Shown here: positions 1-8,807 of the stretch, in pieces
How positions within the stretch are numbered: the first letter of the stretch is position 1
How the letters are laid out: every line of letters starts with the position of its first letter
Virus record (IMG/VR): IMGVR_UViG_2687453308_000004
Direction: 5' to 3' (one strand)
Origin: an uncultured virus (IMG/VR IMGVR_UViG_2687453308_000004)
Lineage: Duplodnaviria > Heunggongvirae > Uroviricota > Caudoviricetes
Length of the DNA: 64,000 nt
The notes under the pieces: generated by a model
Databases searched by the model: none
What the model was told of the DNA's origin: nothing
What the model saw: the letters and a program-made list of their open reading frames with translations, nothing else
Program-made: the position numbers and the translations under genes

Positions 1-186
1 TTATAACACTTGTCGTGCGTAACTGTATAGTTTTTCAGTTGTATTTAAAGTTAAGTTATCTACTTCGCGCTTTCCTTGCCTTAATTGTGAAATTACATAT
101 TGCGCTACGCCAGTTTGTTTGTGAATTTGGTAACCTGTTATATCACTTTTGATCAATTCAATTATTTTTAATTTATAATCACTCAT
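1..186 (-). CDS. Small HTH-type DNA-binding protein (61 aa), post-lysis accessory region
   Basis: GYQIHKQTGVAQYVISQLRQG resembles an XRE/Cro-like HTH; starts 1 nt after the stop of the 36-aa ORF. Confidence 0.7.
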   Translation of the reverse strand: MSDYKLKIIELIKSDITGYQIHKQTGVAQYVISQLRQGKREVDNLTLNTTEKLYSYARQVL

Positions 187-187
187 A

Positions 188-298
188 TTATCTACGTCCG
201 TTCTTTTTATCTAAACAATAAAAATGTGTTTTTCTCCCGATAAATAATAACAATGGTAGGCTTAATAAAAACAATATTAAATACATTTGTTCTGTCAT
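188..298 (-). CDS. 36-aa membrane peptide MTEQMYLILFLLSLPLLLFIGRKTHFYCLDKKNGRR
   Basis: Read by hand; GGAGG SD (plus 308-312); one hydrophobic helix and a basic tail. Confidence 0.7.
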   Translation of the reverse strand: MTEQMYLILFLLSLPLLLFIGRKTHFYCLDKKNGRR

Positions 299-300
299 AA

Positions 301-329
301 TTGAAAACCTCCAAATAATATTATATTAT
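301..329 (+). promoter_or_regulatory. Sigma-A-like promoter facing into the 3' end of the 42-aa ORF (antisense)
   Basis: TTGAAA (301-306), 17-nt spacer, TATTAT (324-329). Confidence 0.55.
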
Positions 330-368
330 ATAAGTGTAAGGAGGAGCCATCAGGCTCCAAGCATAATG

Positions 369-497
369 TTAATCTTTGTTGTTTGGCTTTCGGTCTAGGT
401 AGCCGAGATGCCATTCTCTAAGTTGTTTTAACACTTCTGGAATTATCAGTACTGCCAATACTTGATGTTCTAGAAGTGTTTTTATTATGTCTAGCAT
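369..497 (-). CDS. 42-aa peptide MLDIIKTLLEHQVLAVLIIPEVLKQLREWHLGYLDRKPNNKD; candidate type I toxin
   Basis: AAGGAGGTG SD, upstream TATAAT (plus 555-560), 3' sequence complementary to its own SD. Confidence 0.7.
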   Translation of the reverse strand: MLDIIKTLLEHQVLAVLIIPEVLKQLREWHLGYLDRKPNNKD

Positions 498-601
498 GAG
501 GCTTTTCACCTCCTTACACATAATTTGTAAGTCATCAACTAACCTACAAATATAATTATACTAAACAATTGTTTATTAAGTAAGTGTTTTTTTAAATTTG
601 C

Positions 602-677
602 ATAAAAAATAGGCAAGTACCGTAGTACCTGCCTGTTATCTACATTTAAATCTTGAGAGAAATGTTAAAAAGTTCTA
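602..677 (-). ncRNA. Candidate ~75-nt sRNA sharing the 3' half of SprY
   Basis: TTTACA-18-TGcTATTAT promoter (plus 683-712), own intrinsic terminator (about 603-636), near identity to about 46615-46685. Confidence 0.5.
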
Positions 678-709
678 GTAAAATAATAGCACATTTTATC
701 TTTAAATGT

Positions 710-741
710 AAATAGAAAGCAGGTATGTAACGCACCTGCTC
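710..741 (-). terminator. Intrinsic terminator after lysin
   Basis: AGCAGGTgcgttacatACCTGCT hairpin followed by a T-rich tract on the minus strand. Confidence 0.6.
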
Positions 742-763
742 AAATAGACATGACTATGTCATT

Positions 764-2209
764 CTAACTGATTTCTCCCCATAAGTCACCTAATATCTGA
801 TTAGGTGGGGCAGAACCATTCCATGTTCTAATAGGCAAGTAATAACGTTGCCCCTCCCATGTATATCCTACCCAAACATGACCATCTTGTAACATCACTT
901 CTGTATAATCACAATATCCACCAGGTTGGAACTGATAACCCACTGGACAAGATAAGAATGGCCCCACTTTTCTTACTGTGATTGGTTGATTGCCGTTTGT
1001 GAATCTAGCACTTTCTTCCATGTAGTAAGTACCATATTTATTACGTTTCCATGCACTTGCAACTGGTTTAACTGTATTACTTGAAGCGCTTGACTCATTA
1101 GAGACAGTGGCAACCGGTATTTTACCATCCATGTACGCCCTAATCTGCTTGATAAAGTAGTCTTTAAGTTGCAACCGCTTGTCTTCTGGCAATAGACCGC
1201 GAGTTACTGGATCAAAACCAGTGTGCAATACTGAGCTTCTGTGTGGGCATGATGTTGAAGTGAATTCGTTGTGTAATCGGATTGTGTTACGGTTTGCTGG
1301 TAATCCCCATTTTTTCAACAATCTAGCACATTCTTGGAAAGTCGCCTGTTCATTTTTTAAAAACGTCGCATTATCTGCTCCCATTGATTGACACACTTCA
1401 ATACCGTAACCATATTTATTACCTATTTGATTCGCTGTATGCCAACCTACTTGAGATTCATCTAAGGCTTGCCAAACTGTGTTACCTGATACGTAACTAT
1501 GCGCAATACCTGCCTCTAGTCTCGATAATGGCGCGTTAACTAATCCATTACGATATGCTTCTGCTGTTGCTCCTTTGCTTCCTGCGTCGTTGTGAATAAC
1601 TATAAACTTAGGGTTACTACCACGCTTAGGTAGGTCATAACCTTTAACCACATCTTTGATGATTTTAAGTTCTACCGCTTTAGGTTGTGGCTTAGCCGTT
1701 TCCTTTTTAGATGCTTGCGTAGGAGATTGTACTGATCGTGGAGCTGTTTCGCTTTTGAAGTTAGGACGGATAAACCACATAGGGAAGTCGTAAGCGTGTT
1801 GGCGTCTTGTAACTTTTTCCCAACCAGAGCCAGGTTGTTGTACACCGTCTGTCCAGCCACCGCCGAGCCAATTCTGCTCATATACAATGATATAATCTAA
1901 AGTTGCTTCAATTACCCATGCAACATGACCGTATCCTGCACCATAATTACTACCGAATACAACCATGTCGCCAGGTTGCGCTAAGAAGTCTGGTGTATTT
2001 TGGTATACAGTAGCTAGTCCGTTAAAATCATTAGCACTTGGGATGTCTTTGGCACCTACACCTTTTAAGTTGTAGCCAAATAAGACTTGCCAACCTGCAT
2101 TGGCATAGTCAAAGCATTGAAATCCATACCATCCGTCCGCATTATATTGTTTTCCCTCAGATGTTTTCAACCACTCTATAAACTCTTTTTTAGTTAGTTT
2201 TGCTTGCAT
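764..2209 (-). CDS. Endolysin, CHAP + Amidase_2 + SH3b, phi11-type (481 aa from MQAKL)
   Basis: QCFDY/GHVAWV CHAP motifs; HND..H..CP amidase motifs; C-terminal SH3_5; GGAGG SD before MQAK. Confidence 0.95.
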   Translation of the reverse strand: MQAKLTKKEFIEWLKTSEGKQYNADGWYGFQCFDYANAGWQVLFGYNLKGVGAKDIPSANDFNGLATVYQNTPDFLAQPGDMVVFGSNYGAGYGHVAWVIEATLDYIIVYEQNWLGGGWTDGVQQPGSGWEKVTRRQHAYDFPMWFIRPNFKSETAPRSVQSPTQASKKETAKPQPKAVELKIIKDVVKGYDLPKRGSNPKFIVIHNDAGSKGATAEAYRNGLVNAPLSRLEAGIAHSYVSGNTVWQALDESQVGWHTANQIGNKYGYGIEVCQSMGADNATFLKNEQATFQECARLLKKWGLPANRNTIRLHNEFTSTSCPHRSSVLHTGFDPVTRGLLPEDKRLQLKDYFIKQIRAYMDGKIPVATVSNESSASSNTVKPVASAWKRNKYGTYYMEESARFTNGNQPITVRKVGPFLSCPVGYQFQPGGYCDYTEVMLQDGHVWVGYTWEGQRYYLPIRTWNGSAPPNQILGDLWGEIS

Positions 2210-2627
2210 TGTCGCCACCTCCATGATGATACTCATTCACATCAAAGCCAACATCGTTAGAGGCGTCTGTGAAAGGTTGTGATGTATCATATTCTTTTGG
2301 TGCTTTCGTGCTTAATTCCGGCGTTAAACTGCTGTCTTGTGATGATTTCCACGTAACTTGTTGTTCTTCTTTATCGCTATCTCTAGGCGCTTGATATGTC
2401 TGTGCTATAGATGAATCTGAGACGCCTTTTGACGTTGGGTCAGTAATAACGCCAATACCTGTAAGTAACGTGAGGATAGCGCCTATAATTGCGCTAGCTT
2501 GATTTAATTGAGTAGATAAATCTAATCCGAATAAATCCGTGACTTGCTTGATAAATAGCAACAATGCTCCAACTAAACTAGTTAGTACTACTTTGTTTTT
2601 GAATCTCAATTTCCAGTTAATATCCAT
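2190..2627 (-). CDS. Holin, phiLC3 family (145 aa)
   Basis: [12 protein letters not shown]...GVITDPT..G.SDS signature; two TM segments; precedes lysin. Confidence 0.93.
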   Translation of the reverse strand: MDINWKLRFKNKVVLTSLVGALLLFIKQVTDLFGLDLSTQLNQASAIIGAILTLLTGIGVITDPTSKGVSDSSIAQTYQAPRDSDKEEQQVTWKSSQDSSLTPELSTKAPKEYDTSQPFTDASNDVGFDVNEYHHGGGDNASKTN

Positions 2628-2683
2628 TTGTTTGCTCCTTTTATCCAAAATAAAAAAAACGACTAAAAATTAGTCGTTTAAAA

Positions 2684-3079
2684 TTATTCAATGGTCAATG
2701 TCGGAGATCCTGAATAAACATCACTTATAGTGACATACAACGTCCCTGAAGGATTACTAAAGTTGATATTTTTACTTGCAACTCCGCTATTGACTCCTGA
2801 TATTCCTAAATCACTTGAACCTAAATTAGTTTGCGAAACCCTCATTATACCGCTACGTACATTTTCTATTGTCACCTGATAACTTTTATTAGGTTCAACT
2901 CCGTTTATTGTCCATTTTGCTGTTGATTCTTCTATGCTATCCGGATATTTATTTTTAGGTAAGGGTTTTATTACAAAAGACGAAGGCTTTTTCCATACTT
3001 GGATATTTCCAGCATATACTTTTGTATATTCTTCGCCTTCGTAAATAAGCTTCTTTACATTTTTAAAATTACCTTCCAT
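2684..3079 (-). CDS. Tail-fibre-associated protein (131 aa)
   Basis: Position between collagen-repeat fibre and holin as in 80alpha/phi11. Confidence 0.7.
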   Translation of the reverse strand: MEGNFKNVKKLIYEGEEYTKVYAGNIQVWKKPSSFVIKPLPKNKYPDSIEESTAKWTINGVEPNKSYQVTIENVRSGIMRVSQTNLGSSDLGISGVNSGVASKNINFSNPSGTLYVTISDVYSGSPTLTIE

Positions 3080-3084
3080 AAAAA

Positions 3085-4323
3085 TCACCCCTTAATTAAA
3101 TAAAGTGTATTAGGGTCTTTTTGATACAAATAATTATATTCTGTTTCACTGCCTGTCCAAATATTCAGTGACGGCTGCGAAGAACCGATAGGTTGATAAA
3201 GTTTATCTGCTTCCTCTTTTGTAAAAGCATTTGATGATAAAAGATAACGTTCATCATGACTGTGATTTATGTCTGATTTTTTTGATAAAGCATTTTCTAA
3301 TCCTTCAATCTGTTTGATTGTATGACTATGATTTTTATCTGCATACAAACTGTTTAATGATTGCTTGAATCCCTCAAAATCTTCTGTACTAACTTTTGAG
3401 CCAATCTGTTGCAATACACTTTCTGAAATAGAGTTGTTTTGTATTGCTTCTGCTAATTCTCTTAATGTATTCATAGATTCAGGCGCGCTATCAACTAGTT
3501 CAGCAATTTTTGTATCCGTATACGTTTTAGAGTCGTTGAGAGTTGTATCTTTGATTTTTTCAACTTCTTGCAATTTATCTTCTAACCCTTCAACATTTGC
3601 GATATTGATTTTATCCAATAACTCAGGTTCTGCTTTGATATCTGTATCTTTACCATCAATTTGCCACATTTTAGTGTCAGGATTGATTGATACTACAGTA
3701 CCGTTTTTACCGGGTGCACCTTGTTCTCCTTTTTTACCTGCTTCACCTTTTGCACCAGGTTGTCCCGGTTCGCCTTTATCACCTTTCGCACCTTTAAATC
3801 TACTTTCATTCTTTTCGATGTAAGAAATAACATCTTTATCTATTTTTTCTTTAAAGTCTTTGCTCAATAAATCTGTCGCGTTATCTTTTAAGATTCTCGT
3901 AATAGCATCATCTACCAATTTAACATCGATTTCTTTTGCTACAGCAGATTCAATGCCACTATCAACGATATTGAAAGAAAAGTTCGCGACATGTATTTTT
4001 TCTTCTTCTTTCTCTAAAAACAGCTTACAGCGAACATAACCAGCGTGTTTGATAACCTTTTTAGGTATCTTGTAGGTAATGAATCCTTTTACAACATCGT
4101 CGATAATAAGGGGCTCATTTTTGAATATAGAGCCATCTTCCATAAACAAATGTAATCTAGGTGTTAAGCCATGTGCTTTTAGATCGATACGACCTTGTTT
4201 GTCATTGATACCTATTCTTATAGATGCTGTATTTTCATCTTCAGTGTAAAATTGACAGCCAATGTCACCTAAGTCAACACCATCATTTTTTATTCTCGTT
4301 TCAACATCTTTTATTTTGTACAT
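3085..4323 (-). CDS. Upper tail fibre with BppU-like N-terminus and collagen repeats
   Basis: Gly-X-Y run GAKGDKGEPGQPGAKGEAG; HSH fibre motifs. Confidence 0.85.
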   Translation of the reverse strand: MYKIKDVETRIKNDGVDLGDIGCQFYTEDENTASIRIGINDKQGRIDLKAHGLTPRLHLFMEDGSIFKNEPLIIDDVVKGFITYKIPKKVIKHAGYVRCKLFLEKEEEKIHVANFSFNIVDSGIESAVAKEIDVKLVDDAITRILKDNATDLLSKDFKEKIDKDVISYIEKNESRFKGAKGDKGEPGQPGAKGEAGKKGEQGAPGKNGTVVSINPDTKMWQIDGKDTDIKAEPELLDKINIANVEGLEDKLQEVEKIKDTTLNDSKTYTDTKIAELVDSAPESMNTLRELAEAIQNNSISESVLQQIGSKVSTEDFEGFKQSLNSLYADKNHSHTIKQIEGLENALSKKSDINHSHDERYLLSSNAFTKEEADKLYQPIGSSQPSLNIWTGSETEYNYLYQKDPNTLYLIKG

Positions 4324-4335
4324 TTACACACCTCT

Positions 4336-6234
4336 TTATTTATATTTATCCCTTGTGAAGTAGATACCTTTTAAGCCGATTTGTTTATATAACTTAGCGA
4401 TTGTACTTGCTTGATGTTGGCACCACTCTATAGCAGTAGCGTATTGGTGGGTAGCTGGATTCTTAGGATTCCATCTAATTCGATACAATGTGTTTTGTCC
4501 TTTGTTGATGTAATCTTTTCTTACGAAGCTAGCACCGCCCATGATTGCTTTTGCTGGAGATGTCCAACCTTTATTCCTTGCAAACGTCATTGCGTAGTTA
4601 GGATTGTTGTCGTAAGCGCCAATGCCGAAGTAGTTGTATACTCCATCTTTTCCGTTAGCGAAGTTACTTGTTCCATATCCACTTTCTAAGAAAGCATGCG
4701 CGATTAAATAAATTTCATTAATGTTGTGCTTTTTACAAGCTTCTGCGAACGCTTTACCTTGATTATTCAATGTTCCCTTACCTTTAAGTATCTTATTAAG
4801 TGCGCTAACTGAAACACCTTGATACTTGCCTAAATTAAGCATTTGGTAGCATTGTGTGTTACTTTCCCATATACGCTTTACATTCATCGCTGAGCTCGTT
4901 TGTGCTCGTGTTGCATTAGCCCAGCCCCATGTATGAGATTTTTTCGGGTTACCTCTTGCCATTTGTTTATCCAGTGCTTGTTTGAATGTATAAGGACTCG
5001 TTTCTGTTATGATCTGCGGTTGTTTAGATGCCGAGCCATTATTAGCTGTTGGTGATGAGTCTCTTACATTCGCTATATCAGCGTTTTTATTATCTACCAT
5101 AACTTTTATTCTAGATTTTGTTACTGTTGGTTTAGTTATAGAATTTAATAATTTTTCTCTGTTTTTAAATATATTAAGTAATGCCTTTTCTAATGCTTCG
5201 TATTTATCTTTAGGGGGAACACCGTTGTCAATCATATTCCAATTAACATGTTCCAACATTGAACGCCAAATACTATCGTCTACTTTTAAATTCTCAATAC
5301 TTAGAGGTATCTCATATTTGATCATCATATCTACAGCTACAACCATTGCGTGAATCTCGTTAAAAATAAATTCGTTTTTACTCGCACTATAATCTTCACA
5401 TACGTCTATAACTATATAATCAGCTTCATTAGGAACTTCAAATACGGCTCTTCTAGGAGCCCAAATATTATGTCTATCAACATAAAAGTGTGGATATTCT
5501 ACATCTTGCTTATATTTCTTTCTACTGTTATATAAACTTTCTACCGAGCTCATTGTTTGAGCGTTTCTAATCATTATCCCTTTAGGTTTTTCGAGTCGTC
5601 GATTACCCTCTACTATAAAGTGATAAATATATTCTGGATAATTAACTTCTTGGCTAGAAATTGTGTACTTTATAGTTGTTACATCTTTCCAAATTGGAAC
5701 TTTTTTATTATTTTTTTCGTTATCATCACTATCATCTTCCGGTTTAGGTGCTGGTGTAGTTTTGTCTGGATGATATGGAGGTCTAACAAAATATTTAACA
5801 CCTCCACCTGGTCCATCATGATAAGAGTGTTTGATTTTATACGGCGGACTTCCTGTTGCATTATTTGTATACCAGTTTTGATCCACACCATACCAATAGT
5901 CTTTTGTGCATGGCCCTACTACAATGTTCACATGACCTGCCCAACCACCAGTCCAAACACCCCAGTCGCCTGGTTGTGGTACAAAGTCTTTTGTATTTCT
6001 AATTATCTTGAAATCTCTACCTCTATAATTAGATTTCTGAGCCATAGCATCAGCATTTCCCCATGTTCTAAATCCCCAATATTTATCGAGTAAATAATTA
6101 GGCAAATCCCAGCATTGTGCTCCCATTCCAGAACCAGGTACATCAATAGCTATTTTGTTTTTAGCGATATACAACGCCCACTCTACTACTTCACTAGCTG
6201 TAGGTTTTCTGTTTTTTGGATTAGGTAATCCCAT
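4336..6234 (-). CDS. Virion-associated cell-wall hydrolase, CHAP + glucosaminidase
   Basis: QCWDL..GHV CHAP; HAFLESGYG and YNYFGIGAYD glucosaminidase motifs. Confidence 0.92.
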   Translation of the reverse strand: MGLPNPKNRKPTASEVVEWALYIAKNKIAIDVPGSGMGAQCWDLPNYLLDKYWGFRTWGNADAMAQKSNYRGRDFKIIRNTKDFVPQPGDWGVWTGGWAGHVNIVVGPCTKDYWYGVDQNWYTNNATGSPPYKIKHSYHDGPGGGVKYFVRPPYHPDKTTPAPKPEDDSDDNEKNNKKVPIWKDVTTIKYTISSQEVNYPEYIYHFIVEGNRRLEKPKGIMIRNAQTMSSVESLYNSRKKYKQDVEYPHFYVDRHNIWAPRRAVFEVPNEADYIVIDVCEDYSASKNEFIFNEIHAMVVAVDMMIKYEIPLSIENLKVDDSIWRSMLEHVNWNMIDNGVPPKDKYEALEKALLNIFKNREKLLNSITKPTVTKSRIKVMVDNKNADIANVRDSSPTANNGSASKQPQIITETSPYTFKQALDKQMARGNPKKSHTWGWANATRAQTSSAMNVKRIWESNTQCYQMLNLGKYQGVSVSALNKILKGKGTLNNQGKAFAEACKKHNINEIYLIAHAFLESGYGTSNFANGKDGVYNYFGIGAYDNNPNYAMTFARNKGWTSPAKAIMGGASFVRKDYINKGQNTLYRIRWNPKNPATHQYATAIEWCQHQASTIAKLYKQIGLKGIYFTRDKYK

Positions 6235-6248
6235 GTATGCACCTCATT

Positions 6249-6383
6249 TCAATCAAAATAAAAAGCCAGTGCCGAAGCACTGACTTCTTCTATTCTGTCG
6301 AATTTTTCAAACATAGTCTTATCATTTTCTTCTAATCGCGTTAAACGCCAATCTTGTTCATGTCGTTTGGTAAAACCAAACAT
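6249..6383 (-). pseudogene. Truncated DUF2951-like gene (44 codons)
   Basis: First 32 aa match the intact copy at 48681-48980, then the sequence jumps straight to the downstream terminator. Confidence 0.85.
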
Positions 6384-6423
6384 TACGCCACCTACTTTTT
6401 GTTAAATTAAAAAGCCACAAGCA

Positions 6424-6606
6424 TTACACCTGTGACTTTTCATCTTTTGTTTCTGGATATTTTTCTCCAGTGATCAATGCATATTCTTCTTTGTCGATTA
6501 CACCCATGTCTACGTACCACTTAATTTGGTCATTTTTATAGCAACCCCACACATAAAAAGTTTTAATGTCCTTGAAAGTTGGATAAATCATCTTAATTTT
6601 CTCCAT
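6424..6606 (-). CDS. XkdX-family small tail protein
   Basis: YV..GVIDKEEY..ITGEKY motif. Confidence 0.85.
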   Translation of the reverse strand: MEKIKMIYPTFKDIKTFYVWGCYKNDQIKWYVDMGVIDKEEYALITGEKYPETKDEKSQV

Positions 6607-6984
6607 TTAAACGTCCTCCTCTGTATTTGTTTTACCAGCTTTTAGTTCAGTCAACTGTTGTGTTAACATAGCGTTTTGTTGCTTTAATTCCATCGCCAAA
6701 ATGTTTACTTGCGTCACCTGCATTTGCATACTTGCAACCATTCCGCGAAGTTCATCATCACTCAAATCTGATTCACTTTGTTGGTTTGATGCATTCGGTA
6801 CGTCTTCTTTTTCGAAATTGCTATTGTATTTAATTTCGCCGTTAGTGAAAACAAACTTTCTAGGTTCGAACTCTTCTTTAAATTTAATAGGCACATTGTT
6901 ATCATCTACATCTAAACTATTGCGTAATCCGCCAGTATTAACGTATCCGATAACTTCGTTTTTATCGTTTACTGTGATTTTCAT
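6607..6984 (-). CDS. DUF2977-like tail fibre-associated protein (125 aa)
   Basis: Homologous to 49183-49572; follows lower fibre gene. Confidence 0.8.
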   Translation of the reverse strand: MKITVNDKNEVIGYVNTGGLRNSLDVDDNNVPIKFKEEFEPRKFVFTNGEIKYNSNFEKEDVPNASNQQSESDLSDDELRGMVASMQMQVTQVNILAMELKQQNAMLTQQLTELKAGKTNTEEDV

Positions 6985-8807
6985 TATTTCCACCCCACAA
7001 TTTTATTTATCGTAACTCTGTTTGCATTAGCACCAGAACCTGTTTTACTGCCTAAATCAAGGTACACATCGTTATCGATTTTTAACGTCGTACCACTTTC
7101 TTTAGTTATTAAGCATTCATAACTACCACCACCGTTACCGTCTGAGTCAACTACATTTGTTTTACTTAATTGAATCGCATTTGGTATAGAGGTTAAACTG
7201 AATGCTTCAATAACACCACCTGGATAAGTACCGCTTATGAATAGAATTGCATAATTTGTATAAGCTTCGGTTAAATTAATCCTTGTTCCTACACCGTTTG
7301 CAGCACCGTCGAATAACACGGCTGTTTTATGTTCGTTAGGTGTAGCCCATTGTGAATCTAATCGACCATTGGTGATTGATCGTGTATAAACTTTTTTAGA
7401 GTTTGAAGGTGTGAAGTTGAATAACTTATTTGCATCATCTTTAACAAATACTGATAAGTAGCCTTCGTAACTTTCAACAATACCTGGTAAATCCGGCACT
7501 CTTGTTGCATAGTAATTACCAGCAGTTAAATATCCCAAATCGCCTTGCGCATTATTCAAGTTAACTTGTATTGATTGGCCATTCGCCTCTGTCATCTTAT
7601 GTTGTTGCCAGCTCGTTGTTCCGAATTTATCATCTACATACTGCTTAGCTTGATTTAAAGCGTTGTTAGACGTTTCTTCAACAAATTTCTTCGTTAATTC
7701 TTCGTCAACTTTTTTATAGAACTGATACCATGTGCCACCGATTTTATATTTTGTGTACTCATCATTTGAATCGTCTGGATACCATGTAGCACGAGCTGTA
7801 TTATTATCAACAACATAAACAACTAACACACCAGATTTGCTTGATGTATAAGTTGATTCATCGAACGAAGAACCGTCATCAACACCATCTTGTCCGGGCT
7901 TCTCTAACGTGCCTATATCCGCCTTTTCTGGCGCATCTTTTGCATTAGTAATATGAATAATCATAGATGAGTTAGCGTGTCTTAAAACAGCTTCTATTGA
8001 CTGTTCAGATGATTCGATCGCTTTACCGTAATCATCAGTAAGTTTAGACTTTTGCCAATTTGTTGTTGAATTACCTTTAACAAGGTCAGCGCCATTGATT
8101 TGTTGTTCAACTTCGTTAACACGTTCAAAAATCGCTTGCTCTTTATCAACAATTTTCTGGAACTTGCTATTTATATATTGAACGGCTTTGTCTTGTGTTG
8201 CTGTAATCATCTGTACCGCTTCATTTTGTTTGATTTCTAATCTTTGAATACCTTGATTAATACGACTATCAATTTCAGTAACCAACGATTTTGTATCACT
8301 CAAACTTTTCTTTAAGTCCTCAACTTCTTCTTTAACACTTTCTGTTAAGTCCTGAATTGATTTGATATAAACTAGCTTTGTTTTACTGTCAAAATTACTA
8401 ATTAGATCATTCTGGATATTGAAGTTAAATTGACGCTCTACAATTACGTTATTGCTACCGTTTTGAGTAAAATATGCTTGCGCATGTACTCGACCAGTGT
8501 ATTTTAAGAACTCGTTTGGGATAACGTATTGCATTCGTCCATTAATTGCATCAACAATTGTAAGTTCATCACTAATATAAGCGCCGTGTTCATCGTCGAA
8601 GTTATCCGTCTTAAGCACAATACTAGTCATCGCATTATGTTTGCTGATTGATAACGGCTTATTATTCTTAGTTACTGCAAAATTTAAAACACCAGTTCCT
8701 CTATCTGATTCATAGAAACTGATGTTTGTGTCAATAACCGGATTATATTGTGATGTTGTTTGTAACTCGATTAAGTTATCATCTTTTGAAAAATTATCTA
8801 CTACCAT
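6984..8807 (-). CDS. Lower tail fibre / BppU-family baseplate protein
   Basis: 607 aa; BppU-like N-terminus; C-terminus similar to 49572-51038. Confidence 0.85.
   Translation of the reverse strand: MVVDNFSKDDNLIELQTTSQYNPVIDTNISFYESDRGTGVLNFAVTKNNKPLSISKHNAMTSIVLKTDNFDDEHGAYISDELTIVDAINGRMQYVIPNEFLKYTGRVHAQAYFTQNGSNNVIVERQFNFNIQNDLISNFDSKTKLVYIKSIQDLTESVKEEVEDLKKSLSDTKSLVTEIDSRINQGIQRLEIKQNEAVQMITATQDKAVQYINSKFQKIVDKEQAIFERVNEVEQQINGADLVKGNSTTNWQKSKLTDDYGKAIESSEQSIEAVLRHANSSMIIHITNAKDAPEKADIGTLEKPGQDGVDDGSSFDESTYTSSKSGVLVVYVVDNNTARATWYPDDSNDEYTKYKIGGTWYQFYKKVDEELTKKFVEETSNNALNQAKQYVDDKFGTTSWQQHKMTEANGQSIQVNLNNAQGDLGYLTAGNYYATRVPDLPGIVESYEGYLSVFVKDDANKLFNFTPSNSKKVYTRSITNGRLDSQWATPNEHKTAVLFDGAANGVGTRINLTEAYTNYAILFISGTYPGGVIEAFSLTSIPNAIQLSKTNVVDSDGNGGGSYECLITKESGTTLKIDNDVYLDLGSKTGSGANANRVTINKIVGWK

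Noticed and set aside
3705..3800. GC-richer repetitive patch
   Set aside because: Collagen Gly-X-Y codons of the tail fibre; not a separate element
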